From an uncultured Alphaproteobacteria bacterium (GTDB lineage: Bacteria; Pseudomonadota; Alphaproteobacteria; Rs-D84), in the NCBI GenBank assembly GCA_944389345.1, contig CALXMA010000004.1, positions 14,374 through 78,373 of the forward strand: DNA of 64,000 bases, in the 5' to 3' direction. Shown here in pieces: positions 9,417 through 17,775 of this stretch; position 1 is the first letter of the stretch; every line of letters starts with the position of its first letter. The position numbers were made by a program, and so were the translations under genes. The notes under the pieces are model-generated. The model searched no databases. It was given only the letters and a program-made list of their open reading frames with translations, and had not been told where the DNA came from.

Positions 9417-11204
9417 TTATACAGTTTTTGATTTTTTCAGCAGACTTTGTACCGCCAATGGAAAATCAGCACTGTTGGCCAGGTATGAACCACTGACCAA
9501 TAAATCAGCGCCGGCGGCCCAGCATTTCTGGGCCGTTTGTGCATTTATGCCACCGTCCACAGATATCAAGTATTTGAATCCGCCACGTTTGCGTGCCGTA
9601 TTCAAAATCGAAATCTTGCGCAGGCATGATTCTTGGAATTCTTGGCCCGCAGAACCGGGTGCAACCGCCATAATCATAATTTCATCTATTTCACGTAATA
9701 TCGGTTCCAGTATTTTAATCGAAGAATCCGGATTCAGCGCAATCCCGGCACGACGACCAGATGCGTGGATTAATTTTATCGCAGAACGTACCCCGGATGT
9801 ATTTGTCGATATGATAATCGTATTTGCACCGGCGCGTATTGCGTCTGCGGCCCAAAATTCGGGACTTTCCGTCATCAGGTGTACGTGCAAATGTGCCGTT
9901 GTATGTTTTCGTATGTATTGTAATTCTTCGATACTGCCACGTATGTTTTCAACGTACAGGCCGTCCATAATGTCGACGTGTATCATTGAAATTCCGCCCG
10001 ATGCAAACATAGAATATGTTTCCGGGCGCGACATGTCAAAGCACAATGTACTGGGCAAAACAGGAATAAATTTAGCGGTATTGTTCCGGCGACGTTTGCC
10101 AGTAAACAGCGATGTTATGCGCGACGTGATGTTATGTATGCGCTGACTGCGTGCCAGGTATGCATTGATATGGGCGTTTTCGCGCGACCAGATATATTTG
10201 AACAACGATTGTAACGTGCCGTCGCGCGCGATGTTTTTAACCGGCAGTCCAAATTCGTTTTCTATGAATTCGGATATAGTGTCTATTTCCGAACCACCGC
10301 CAGACAGAATTATCTGTGTCGGGCGACGACGTTGGATTTCCGGACCACAGTGAATGCGTATCTGGGAACAGATTTCAACCATAATTGGTAAAATAACATC
10401 GTTTATGTCCGCACGCGAAAAATCATATTCTGTGTCCGCGGGGGTAAAGCGGTCCATGTCTTTGGGCAACATTGTTGCAACGTTATGTTTTATCCGCTGG
10501 GCGTCTGCGAATTCCAGGCCAAATTTATTCGCGATTTCATTCGTTATATTTGTTCCGCCGATTTCCAGTTTTTTATGAAACATAGGGCCACGGTCTGTCC
10601 AAATTGATACCGTGGTAAATTGGGCGCCCAAATCTATGAACAATGCCGTCGTTTTTTCAGGGCGCAGAACAGACTGTTGTAAAAACTGAGAATCATAAAT
10701 CGCCAGTGGTTGAATGTGTGCCTGGTGTAAAATGGATATTATGTTTTCCAGCGCATCTTTGGAATAAAATATTACACCGAACAGTGATGACAACTGGGTA
10801 TCAATGTATCCAACGGGCGAATTTAAATCCGGTGCGCTGGGGATTTTATAGCGCAATGGAAACATATGCATAGGAAAATATCCATCCGGACAAGATATAC
10901 TGGCAATTTGTGCACTGACGTCCGATGCGGTTATTTTATGTTCGCCGGGCCATGTGGTGTTTTTTTGTTGTTTTTCAAATATGGATGGCCCCAGGTTGCC
11001 CGTTATATATGCGCCGTCAAAATGTTCCCCAATTTTATGTTCCAGTTCGTCAATCACAGATTTCAGTGCAGATACCGTATCCGTACTGTCCACCGTGTGG
11101 ATTGCAGAATCTGTAATGCGACCGGATCGTATATGGTATGCCGTGCCACGGACACCACTTGTCCCCAGGTCCAGACATAAAAAAGCAGAATCTAATAAAT
11201 TCAT
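9417..11204 (-). CDS. ftsA-rpe: Apparent in-frame fusion: short actin-like cell-division protein FtsA (N-terminal ~380 aa) + ribulose-phosphate 3-epimerase (C-terminal ~215 aa)
   Basis: The N-terminal part has ASKHA/FtsA-like motifs: LCLDLGTSGVRGTAY, FIDLGAQFTTVSIW...LEIGGTNITNEIANKFGL and IILSGGGSEIDTISEFIENEFGLPV. It lies directly downstream of ftsQ. The C-terminal part is unmistakably Rpe: SGGISMIHVDIMDGLYVENI..., HLHVHLM, ...MAVAPGSAGQEF and ISVDGGINAQTAQKCWAAGADLLVSGSYL. There is no stop codon between the two parts, so the single ORF is 595 aa. Confidence 0.7.
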   Translation of the reverse strand: MNLLDSAFLCLDLGTSGVRGTAYHIRSGRITDSAIHTVDSTDTVSALKSVIDELEHKIGEHFDGAYITGNLGPSIFEKQQKNTTWPGEHKITASDVSAQIASISCPDGYFPMHMFPLRYKIPSAPDLNSPVGYIDTQLSSLFGVIFYSKDALENIISILHQAHIQPLAIYDSQFLQQSVLRPEKTTALFIDLGAQFTTVSIWTDRGPMFHKKLEIGGTNITNEIANKFGLEFADAQRIKHNVATMLPKDMDRFTPADTEYDFSRADINDVILPIMVEICSQIRIHCGPEIQRRRPTQIILSGGGSEIDTISEFIENEFGLPVKNIARDGTLQSLFKYIWSRENAHINAYLARSQRIHNITSRITSLFTGKRRRNNTAKFIPVLPSTLCFDMSRPETYSMFASGGISMIHVDIMDGLYVENIRGSIEELQYIRKHTTAHLHVHLMTESPEFWAADAIRAGANTIIISTNTSGVRSAIKLIHASGRRAGIALNPDSSIKILEPILREIDEIMIMAVAPGSAGQEFQESCLRKISILNTARKRGGFKYLISVDGGINAQTAQKCWAAGADLLVSGSYLANSADFPLAVQSLLKKSKTV

Positions 11205-11213
11205 TTTTGTGTT

Positions 11214-11954
11214 TTATTTTACCAAGATACGGGCGTCATCGCGCATATCTATGATTTCCAGGTCTTTGGATAAAATTTGGTGGTTTTTATCCAATACAAT
11301 CAAACTGGCCATTGCGGTTTCAGGATTCTTTTCCGGCAACATTATCGTTATACCGCCCGTTGTATGAACGTTCCAACGTCTGTGTTCAATCCATTCAATA
11401 TAATCCAGGTCGTCAATAATCCCCATCGCCGCGTTAGTTATTTCCGATACATCTGGGGGTAATTCACCACGAAATACGACCGTGCCAGCCGTGCGTGTAT
11501 CAGATGGGCGATTGACGATTGTCCCGTCCGCAGACAGTGGGTAATACATTTCGCCATCTGTCCATTGGGCAACAGCCTGGTGTAATTGGACGCGTACAGA
11601 CAGGTTGCCGTTCGGCATTCTGCGTACAGATGAATTGCGCACACCCGGTGTGGCCATAATACGCTGGTTAATTTCGTCCAGGCGTGCCTGGTACGAATGT
11701 GTATTTGGGGCAATCGCAATCGCCGTCGCGATTTGGGTTAAATCCTTGTTCGGGGTGTCCGCAGACAATGATATTGTACGTATGTTGGCATTCGGACCAC
11801 GTCCGGTATATGTCAAAATAATACGTGTTGATAAATACACAGCCAAAACAATGGCTATGAAAAAATACAGCCAAAACCAGATAGAACGTTTCATGCGTTC
11901 AATTATATCATAAATTATTTTTGTTGGAAAGTGCGGGCGCAAATTAATTTGCAC
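11214..11954 (-). CDS. ftsQ: Cell division protein FtsQ (POTRA domain)
   Basis: 246 aa. It has an N-terminal TM helix (IWFWLYFFIAIVLAVYL) followed by a POTRA-like region, and it sits immediately upstream of ftsA. Confidence 0.75.
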   Translation of the reverse strand: MQINLRPHFPTKIIYDIIERMKRSIWFWLYFFIAIVLAVYLSTRIILTYTGRGPNANIRTISLSADTPNKDLTQIATAIAIAPNTHSYQARLDEINQRIMATPGVRNSSVRRMPNGNLSVRVQLHQAVAQWTDGEMYYPLSADGTIVNRPSDTRTAGTVVFRGELPPDVSEITNAAMGIIDDLDYIEWIEHRRWNVHTTGGITIMLPEKNPETAMASLIVLDKNHQILSKDLEIIDMRDDARILVK

Positions 11955-12324
11955 GCAACAGGTATCCGCGTCTGAACATACATTTGCGGTACGAACCCAC
12001 GGATTTAGATGTCGTGTTGCGTGGCACGGACAGCAAAGACCGTTGGCCCACGTCGCGATATTCGTTCGATTGGAATGTTACCCATAACCCGTCCCAGTCG
12101 GGCATCATACTGCTTTGGTTCGGGGACAATAATTTTGCAATTCGGGAACGGGGCATGTATGACGGGCGGTCTATGCCCAGGCATGCCTTGTGATCACGGA
12201 CAAATTGTTCCATTGTGACGGATTCGTTTTCCCAATTCAAAATCGTTGCGTCATCAATACTGCCCCGGTTCGCAGATGCGCATGCGGTCAACAATAATAA
12301 TAACGCAATGTATTTAATTCTCAT
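11944..12324 (-). CDS. Hypothetical lipoprotein
   Basis: 126 aa. It has a signal peptide with the lipobox LLTAC (MRIKYIALLLLLTAC|ASAN) and overlaps the ftsQ start by 11 bp. Confidence 0.55.
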   Translation of the reverse strand: MRIKYIALLLLLTACASANRGSIDDATILNWENESVTMEQFVRDHKACLGIDRPSYMPRSRIAKLLSPNQSSMMPDWDGLWVTFQSNEYRDVGQRSLLSVPRNTTSKSVGSYRKCMFRRGYLLRAN

Positions 12325-12407
12325 GTTTTGTATTATAATTTAATTGCCTTTATGGGGCAATAGTTTTTATAATGTATCAGAATGTATCATATTATGGGAA
12401 AGGAATT

Positions 12408-12734
12408 ATGGCACTGACAGTTCAGAATTTTATTAAACTGGCAAACCTGTATAATCAGATGACGATGGTTATGTCTGCGATTTGTGTGCAAAAGGGTGGA
12501 ATCGCAATCGAAAATTATGCCGGACGATATTTCTTGGCCGATGTGTTGGAATATGTTTATGAATATGGACGGCGATTGATGGAATCTGGGCGGGCCAGTG
12601 TTCCGGCGGATGTCGCCGATGTTATTCGGCGGTTTGGTGAACAGTATAATCGGGTCAAGGATTTAACAACACCCACCCAGAAACCAATATATGAAATGAC
12701 ACTGGAAGAATTTGAACGGATTATGAATATTTGA
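12408..12734 (+). CDS. Hypothetical protein (108 aa)
   Basis: The start is taken at MALTVQNF because a GGAAAGGA ribosome-binding site precedes it. I recognise no family. Confidence 0.4.
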   Translation: MALTVQNFIKLANLYNQMTMVMSAICVQKGGIAIENYAGRYFLADVLEYVYEYGRRLMESGRASVPADVADVIRRFGEQYNRVKDLTTPTQKPIYEMTLEEFERIMNI

Positions 12735-12755
12735 ATATAAAACCAAGGGCACAAA

Positions 12756-14099
12756 ATGAAAATAATCAGACACTTGTTTAATCTTTGCGCGCTGGTCGGT
12801 GGCGTCGGGTTGTTGTTTGGTTGCACACCGCGCCAAGAAAACGTCCCACAATATGATACACTGAATGTCGTAGAAAATTTTGTCATAGATGAAAATTCTG
12901 TGCCGATTTTTCCGAAAAAGGCCGCGTTGACAACCGATACCGCGCAACGGTTTTCCATAGAATTACCAAAACGCTGTACGGTCGATTGGAATAACCAGGC
13001 CGTCGTTTCCGTTGTTCCCGAAGAACCTATTGAAATTGTGCGCTTGGGTGTTGGTGATGAATTACCAGAACTGGCCGTGTCGGACTATGAATTTCGTCAA
13101 CTGACCGTGAAAGAGGCGTTGGATAAATTATTAGAAGGCACAAATATTTCGGTAATAGAAGATGGCGAATTAACGGAAACTATATCGGGGTCTATTACGT
13201 CGGGTAATTTGGCGGATTCTGTGGAATTGATGTCAAAAATGGGGCGGGCGTATTATTCGTATGACGCAGAAAACCAGGAAATACATCTGGACCATCGGGC
13301 AAAGTGGTTGTTAAAGATGCCGAAAAATGAAAGTATTATAATGGCGCTGTTGGATGCAATGCATGGCGCAGATATGCGGAACTTGTTGGTGGATTGGCAA
13401 GACAAGACCGTCGTTTTCGAAGGAAATTATCAGACCGAACGCGAAGTCGCGAAAATATTGGCAGATGTGGCGTCTAAGAAATATATGATTGCGTGGGATA
13501 TTGATGTATATCGTGTGTATCCGCGTACGGATAATCCTATTATATGGATGAATTTATTGCCGGCGTTTGGCGATAAAAATGTCAAAATGTCTGTGCCGGG
13601 TGTTGTGGGGCGCGCGTTGGTCGTGGGACCAGAAATTAATACCAAGACGTTGCAAGAATTTTTATCGCAACAATCTAATGTTGTGTTGATTTCCCAGGGT
13701 ACGTTCGTAATTCCAAACGGATGGCAATCGCGGTTTGATATTGGGCAATGCAGTAAAGAAGACAGACTGGAAACAGACCTGGTCATCGGGGCCAAGGCAA
13801 CGTACGGCGATTTCGGTGGCAAGAATAAAATTGATGCGAAAATAGTTTTACGTACCAGCAATGGGGAACTGTCATCGTTTACTATACCGTCCGATGTTGG
13901 TGATAACTATGTGATTATTGGTATACCAACGCATTCATTTGTGACAACGCCAGAAACGTTAATCAGTCCATTCGCGGAACTGGTTGTGTTTATGTCGCCA
14001 CGTATTATTTCTATTGTTGACGCAAATACAACGCCGATTGCAGATGGTACAGAAGTACCACTGGTCGGTGATGCGTTGCGTAGTTTTCTGAGTGAATAA
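12756..14099 (+). CDS. Lipoprotein with secretin-like C-terminal region (uncertain), co-transcribed with lolCD
   Basis: 447 aa. There is a signal peptide with a lipobox (LLFGC|TPRQ). A middle segment, ...LTVKEALDKLLEGTNISVIEDGE..., resembles secretin N-domains. A C-terminal segment, ...GTFVIP...DLVIGAKATYGD...ELVVFMSPRII, resembles the secretin C-domain motif (E-L-l-i-f-i-t-P-r-i) but is shorter than a canonical secretin. Its stop overlaps the lolC start. Confidence 0.5.
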   Translation: MKIIRHLFNLCALVGGVGLLFGCTPRQENVPQYDTLNVVENFVIDENSVPIFPKKAALTTDTAQRFSIELPKRCTVDWNNQAVVSVVPEEPIEIVRLGVGDELPELAVSDYEFRQLTVKEALDKLLEGTNISVIEDGELTETISGSITSGNLADSVELMSKMGRAYYSYDAENQEIHLDHRAKWLLKMPKNESIIMALLDAMHGADMRNLLVDWQDKTVVFEGNYQTEREVAKILADVASKKYMIAWDIDVYRVYPRTDNPIIWMNLLPAFGDKNVKMSVPGVVGRALVVGPEINTKTLQEFLSQQSNVVLISQGTFVIPNGWQSRFDIGQCSKEDRLETDLVIGAKATYGDFGGKNKIDAKIVLRTSNGELSSFTIPSDVGDNYVIIGIPTHSFVTTPETLISPFAELVVFMSPRIISIVDANTTPIADGTEVPLVGDALRSFLSE

Positions 14100-14109
14100 G
14101 GAATCTGTT

Positions 14110-15363
14110 ATGTTTTCAAGGTTGGAACGAAAAATCGCATTCAGATATTTGGCCGCAAAAAAACGCGGTTTTGGTTCTGTTATATCTTGGGTGTCGCTGA
14201 TAGGGATTACGTTGGGGGTGGCGACACTGATTGTGGTTATGTCTGTTATGGGCGGTTTTCATGATACGCTGTTGTCGCGTATCGTTGGTATGAATGGGCA
14301 TGTTGTTGTTTATCACCAGGATGGTGCAATTACGGATTATGACTTTTTAATTGATAAAATGCGCCAAAACAAGGTGGTGGCAGAACACGCAACCGGAATT
14401 GTGCCAATCGCCGAAGGTCAGGTTATGGCCACCGCAAATGGAAATAATACCGGGGCCATGATACGCGGTATACGTATGTCTGATTTGGCGAAAAAGGTTG
14501 ATACTGGTACACGAATTTATGGCAAGCCTTTGGATAAAATTACCGATGGTGAATTGGTTGCGGGGGCGTCATTAACACGGGCGTTGCGTGTTGGTATGGG
14601 GGACAATATTTCATTGGTTTCGGCCAATGGGGCAACCCCAACACCGTTCGGGTCTATGCCACGGATTATGGCGTATCCAGTTATGTCTTCGTTCTTTATG
14701 GGAATGTATGAATATGATTCAGGTTATATTTTTATGCCATTGGATACGGCGCAAAAATATCTGAATATACCAGGGGCCGTAACGCATATTGATTTGTTCT
14801 TGGATAATCCCGAAGAAACGACAGACGTTCGCGAAGCGTTGACACGTCTGTTGCCTGATGGTTTTGTTGTGCGTGATTGGCGCGAATTGAATCGCGGGTT
14901 TGTTGGCGCATTACAGGTTGAATCAAATGTTATGTTCTTGATTTTGATGCTGATTGTTATTGTGGCCGCGTTTAATATTGTGTCCAGTTTGGTTATGTTG
15001 GTCAAAGATAAATCCAAAGATATTGCCGTGTTGCGGACGTTTGGTGTGTCGCGTCGTTCTATGATGAAAATATTTATCTTGTCCGGGACCAGCATCGGAA
15101 TTCTGGGGGCGTTTTTTGGTACGCTGTTTGGTGTTTTAATTGCGATATATATTGAACCTATACGGCAATTTTTCCAGTGGGCAACCGGGCGCGATTTGTT
15201 TCCGGCGGAATTGTATTATTTGTCAGAACTGCCATCGAAATTGGTTTTGACCGATGTTGTTGGAATTGCGTTGATTGCCGTGTTGTTGGCGTTTTTGGCA
15301 ACGCTGTATCCCGCGTGGAAGGCCGCCAGTACAGACCCTGTGGATGTGTTGCGCAATGAATAA
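14110..15363 (+). CDS. lolC: Lipoprotein-releasing system transmembrane permease LolC/E (single-permease type)
   Basis: It reads MFSRLERKIAFRYLAAKKRGFGSVISWVSLIGITLGVATLIVVMSVMGGF, which parallels the E. coli LolC N-terminus. It has the MacB-like periplasmic domain and a C-terminal FtsX helix bundle. The start is chosen at the Met with an AAGGA ribosome-binding site. Confidence 0.85.
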   Translation: MFSRLERKIAFRYLAAKKRGFGSVISWVSLIGITLGVATLIVVMSVMGGFHDTLLSRIVGMNGHVVVYHQDGAITDYDFLIDKMRQNKVVAEHATGIVPIAEGQVMATANGNNTGAMIRGIRMSDLAKKVDTGTRIYGKPLDKITDGELVAGASLTRALRVGMGDNISLVSANGATPTPFGSMPRIMAYPVMSSFFMGMYEYDSGYIFMPLDTAQKYLNIPGAVTHIDLFLDNPEETTDVREALTRLLPDGFVVRDWRELNRGFVGALQVESNVMFLILMLIVIVAAFNIVSSLVMLVKDKSKDIAVLRTFGVSRRSMMKIFILSGTSIGILGAFFGTLFGVLIAIYIEPIRQFFQWATGRDLFPAELYYLSELPSKLVLTDVVGIALIAVLLAFLATLYPAWKAASTDPVDVLRNE

Positions 15364-15379
15364 AGAAAGGAATACAAGA

Positions 15380-16090
15380 ATGGCGAACATATTGAATTCT
15401 TTGTCAAAGGTACCAAAGGGCGACGTTGTGTTGTCTGTGCGCGATATTAAAAAGACTTTTATCGAAGGTGGACAACCGTTGCATATCTTGCGCGGGGGCG
15501 GATTTGATTTACGACGCGGGGAAATTATTGCGCTGGTTGGGCCGTCGGGCAGTGGTAAATCCACGTTGTTGCAATGTGTTGGTTTGTTGGATAAACCAAC
15601 CGGGGGCAGTATTTTGCTGGCGGGGACGCCTGTGCAGAAAATGGATGATGAAATGCGTACCATGATGCGTCGGCGCAAGATAGGATTTGTTTACCAGCGA
15701 CATAATTTACTGGCGGATTTTACGGCGTTGGAAAATGTTGTTTTACCCATGTTGGCAAATGGTGTGGATGAACGTACGGCGTCTGCGCGGGCAATGAAAT
15801 TGTTGCAATCGGCCAATGTTGCACACAGGGCGTCTCATTTGCCGGGGGAAATGTCGGGCGGGGAACAGCAACGTACCGCCGTCGCACGGGCGTTGGCAAA
15901 TGATCCGGAAATATTGCTGGCTGATGAACCAACCGGCAGTTTGGATCCGGCACATGCAACCGCTGTGTTTGATTTGTTGTTGGATTTGGTGCGCAAGAAA
16001 AAAATGGCTATGTTGTTTGTGACGCATGATATGAATTTGGCGTCGCGTGCAGACAGAAAAATTACAATCAATGACGGGATTGTGGAATAA
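15380..16090 (+). CDS. lolD: Lipoprotein-releasing system ATP-binding protein LolD
   Basis: ABC ATPase motifs are present: Walker A GPSGSGKST, the LSGGEQQR signature and Walker B ILLADEPTG. The start is at MANILNS (15380) with an AAAGGA ribosome-binding site. The ORF track begins upstream inside lolC. Confidence 0.9.
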   Translation: MANILNSLSKVPKGDVVLSVRDIKKTFIEGGQPLHILRGGGFDLRRGEIIALVGPSGSGKSTLLQCVGLLDKPTGGSILLAGTPVQKMDDEMRTMMRRRKIGFVYQRHNLLADFTALENVVLPMLANGVDERTASARAMKLLQSANVAHRASHLPGEMSGGEQQRTAVARALANDPEILLADEPTGSLDPAHATAVFDLLLDLVRKKKMAMLFVTHDMNLASRADRKITINDGIVE

Positions 16091-16103
16091 TTAGTTAAAA
16101 AAT

Positions 16104-16111
16104 TGTATAAT
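16104..16111 (+). promoter_or_regulatory. Extended -10 element (TGTATAAT) upstream of the Cys-repeat operon
   Basis: TGTATAAT lies 27 bp upstream of the first ATG of the operon. The ribosome-binding site GGGAGAGGG is at 16127-16135. Confidence 0.4.
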
Positions 16112-16137
16112 GGTATCAACAGGCAAGGGAGAGGGTT

Positions 16138-16848
16138 ATGAAAAAAGCAGGCAAGGCACCTGTGAAAAAGACAGGTAAAAAAGTTCAAGATTGTCCGATT
16201 AATTGTTGCAGTACCGCGCATAAGGTGTGGAGTGCTGTTGCATTGGCGGGGTTGTTTGCGTGCGGTTTGATTTTGGGGTTGACGTATAATCAAACAGATG
16301 CGGTTCAGGCAAAGATGGATGCACAACAGTGTGATGCAATCGCAAATGAAATTGTTAATATAACAACAAACGGCGCAACACCAGAAAATATCGATACGCT
16401 GAATGAATTAAATCAGGCGTATTTGGACGGATGTGCGGGACGGTTGGTCGTTATTGAAAAGCCTGTGGTGAAATCAATTGCGTCGCGCCCAGAAATTGTT
16501 TCTACGTGCGACAGAATTGAACAATTGTTGCAAAAACGTCTGTACCCAGAAGATAACCCAGAATACTGGAAACATTTGGCAAACGCCGATACGTACAGTA
16601 CTTTGGCCGACAGGGGGTGTGCGGAAAATTCAGAAATGTATAAAACGTTGGCGTTGCGGGAATTGGATATTGCAACGGCGTTGAAACCAACGGAATCTAT
16701 GGGAACGCGTGATGCAGAAATTGTTATCGATACGTTCAAGAAATTAGATATGCAACAAGAAGCACGTGAATTCTTGGGCAAAGTAGAAAAACTGATAGAT
16801 CCGGCAACCGATTTTATCTTGCAAATGGAACAGATTATCAATGAATAA
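16138..16848 (+). CDS. Membrane-anchored extracytoplasmic protein with two Cys-bracketed repeat units (unrecognised family); gene A of a 4-gene operon
   Basis: 236 aa. It has a Lys-rich N-terminus (MKKAGKAPVKKTGKK) and one TM helix (WSAVALAGLFACGLILGL). Two repeat units follow: C-DAIANEIV...YLDGCAGR and CDRIEQLLQKRLYPEDNPEYWKHLANADTYSTLADRGCAEN. Gene D is a paralogue. Confidence 0.6.
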   Translation: MKKAGKAPVKKTGKKVQDCPINCCSTAHKVWSAVALAGLFACGLILGLTYNQTDAVQAKMDAQQCDAIANEIVNITTNGATPENIDTLNELNQAYLDGCAGRLVVIEKPVVKSIASRPEIVSTCDRIEQLLQKRLYPEDNPEYWKHLANADTYSTLADRGCAENSEMYKTLALRELDIATALKPTESMGTRDAEIVIDTFKKLDMQQEAREFLGKVEKLIDPATDFILQMEQIINE

Positions 16849-17512
16849 AATAAAATTGAAATTTTTATGTGCCGTGTTGTCTTGTGTTGCGGTTGCGCCC
16901 GCAATGGCGGAAACCACAACGGAATTGCGCACGGACTGTACCGAAATACAATCGCGTATCAGTGAACTGGCCGCAATTACAGAACCAGATGATGCGACAA
17001 AATCTGAACTGGCACAATTACAGGCGGTGTATCGTCGGGATTGTTCAAAGCCCGCCGCAGGTCGCAGAACAATTGGGCGCGTGTCTATGGCGGCGTCGGC
17101 AACACCTGTGGCCGCAACCGCAACTGTGGACACAACCCCAGAAACTGTTGTTGTCACGGTCGCAAATTTGTTGGATGACTATTTGGACCAGCGTCGCGAT
17201 TTGTGTGCCGAATTGGCTGATGATATAGAAATGTTGGCCGATAATAATGCGTCTGATGCGGAATTAGAACCTTTGCAAAATCAGTACAAGGCAGATTGTG
17301 AAGACGTTGATCATTCAAAGACCGTGGATATAGACCCAGAAGTGGCCGCCGCAAATGTGGCACGGGGACTGTGCACAGATGGTTCAAAGCCCAATGAATA
17401 CGGTTGCTGTGATGGGGAACGGTTCACAGATATGGGAAATTTGGTGTTTGCGTGCTGTCCCGAAGATGGGGGCGAATGCTATCCACCTATTAATTCGGGG
17501 ACAAAATTATGA
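16841..17512 (+). CDS. Secreted Cys-rich protein: signal peptide + two Cys-bracketed helical repeats + C-terminal 6-Cys module ending YPPI; gene B
   Basis: 223 aa. The signal peptide is MNKIKLKFLCAVLSCVAVAPAMA|ETT. Two repeats are DCTEIQSRISELAAITEPDDATKSELAQLQAVYRRDC and LCAELADDIEMLADNNASDAELEPLQNQYKADC. The C-terminal module reads CTDGSKPNEYGCCDGERFTDMGNLVFACCPEDGGECYPPI. The gene overlaps gene A by 8 bp. Confidence 0.6.
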   Translation: MNKIKLKFLCAVLSCVAVAPAMAETTTELRTDCTEIQSRISELAAITEPDDATKSELAQLQAVYRRDCSKPAAGRRTIGRVSMAASATPVAATATVDTTPETVVVTVANLLDDYLDQRRDLCAELADDIEMLADNNASDAELEPLQNQYKADCEDVDHSKTVDIDPEVAAANVARGLCTDGSKPNEYGCCDGERFTDMGNLVFACCPEDGGECYPPINSGTKL

Positions 17513-17754
17513 AGAAAATCTATGTGGTTTTAATCGCAATTGCATTGTTTGTGTGTGGTGGAATTACCGGATATGTAATTGCCGTATGTGCCGGAAACAG
17601 TGCACATAGCGCCGATATAGATATTACGTGTATAGATGGCAGTATGCCCGATGAAAATGGTTGTTGCGCGGGCGAGGTTTATACCGATATGGGTGATTTA
17701 GGGTTTAATTGCTGTCCGCCGGGTGATGGGGATTGCTATCCACCAATCAGATAA
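17509..17754 (+). CDS. Small (81 aa) membrane-anchored/secreted Cys-rich protein carrying the same C-terminal 6-Cys module; gene C
   Basis: It has an N-terminal hydrophobic segment (MKKIYVVLIAIALFVCGGITGYVIAVCAG). It then carries CIDGSMPDENGCCAGEVYTDMGDLGFNCCPPGDGDCYPPI, which is co-linear with the C-terminus of gene B (C-x9-CC-x14-CC-x5-C-YPPI). The start overlaps the gene B stop (ATGA). Confidence 0.55.
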   Translation: MKKIYVVLIAIALFVCGGITGYVIAVCAGNSAHSADIDITCIDGSMPDENGCCAGEVYTDMGDLGFNCCPPGDGDCYPPIR

Positions 17755-17775
17755 GTTTTTATAGGAGGAGTCCAG

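Noticed and set aside
9475-10146. 223-aa plus-strand ORF within ftsA-rpe
   Set aside because: It is antisense to the conserved Rpe coding sequence and shows no recognisable features.
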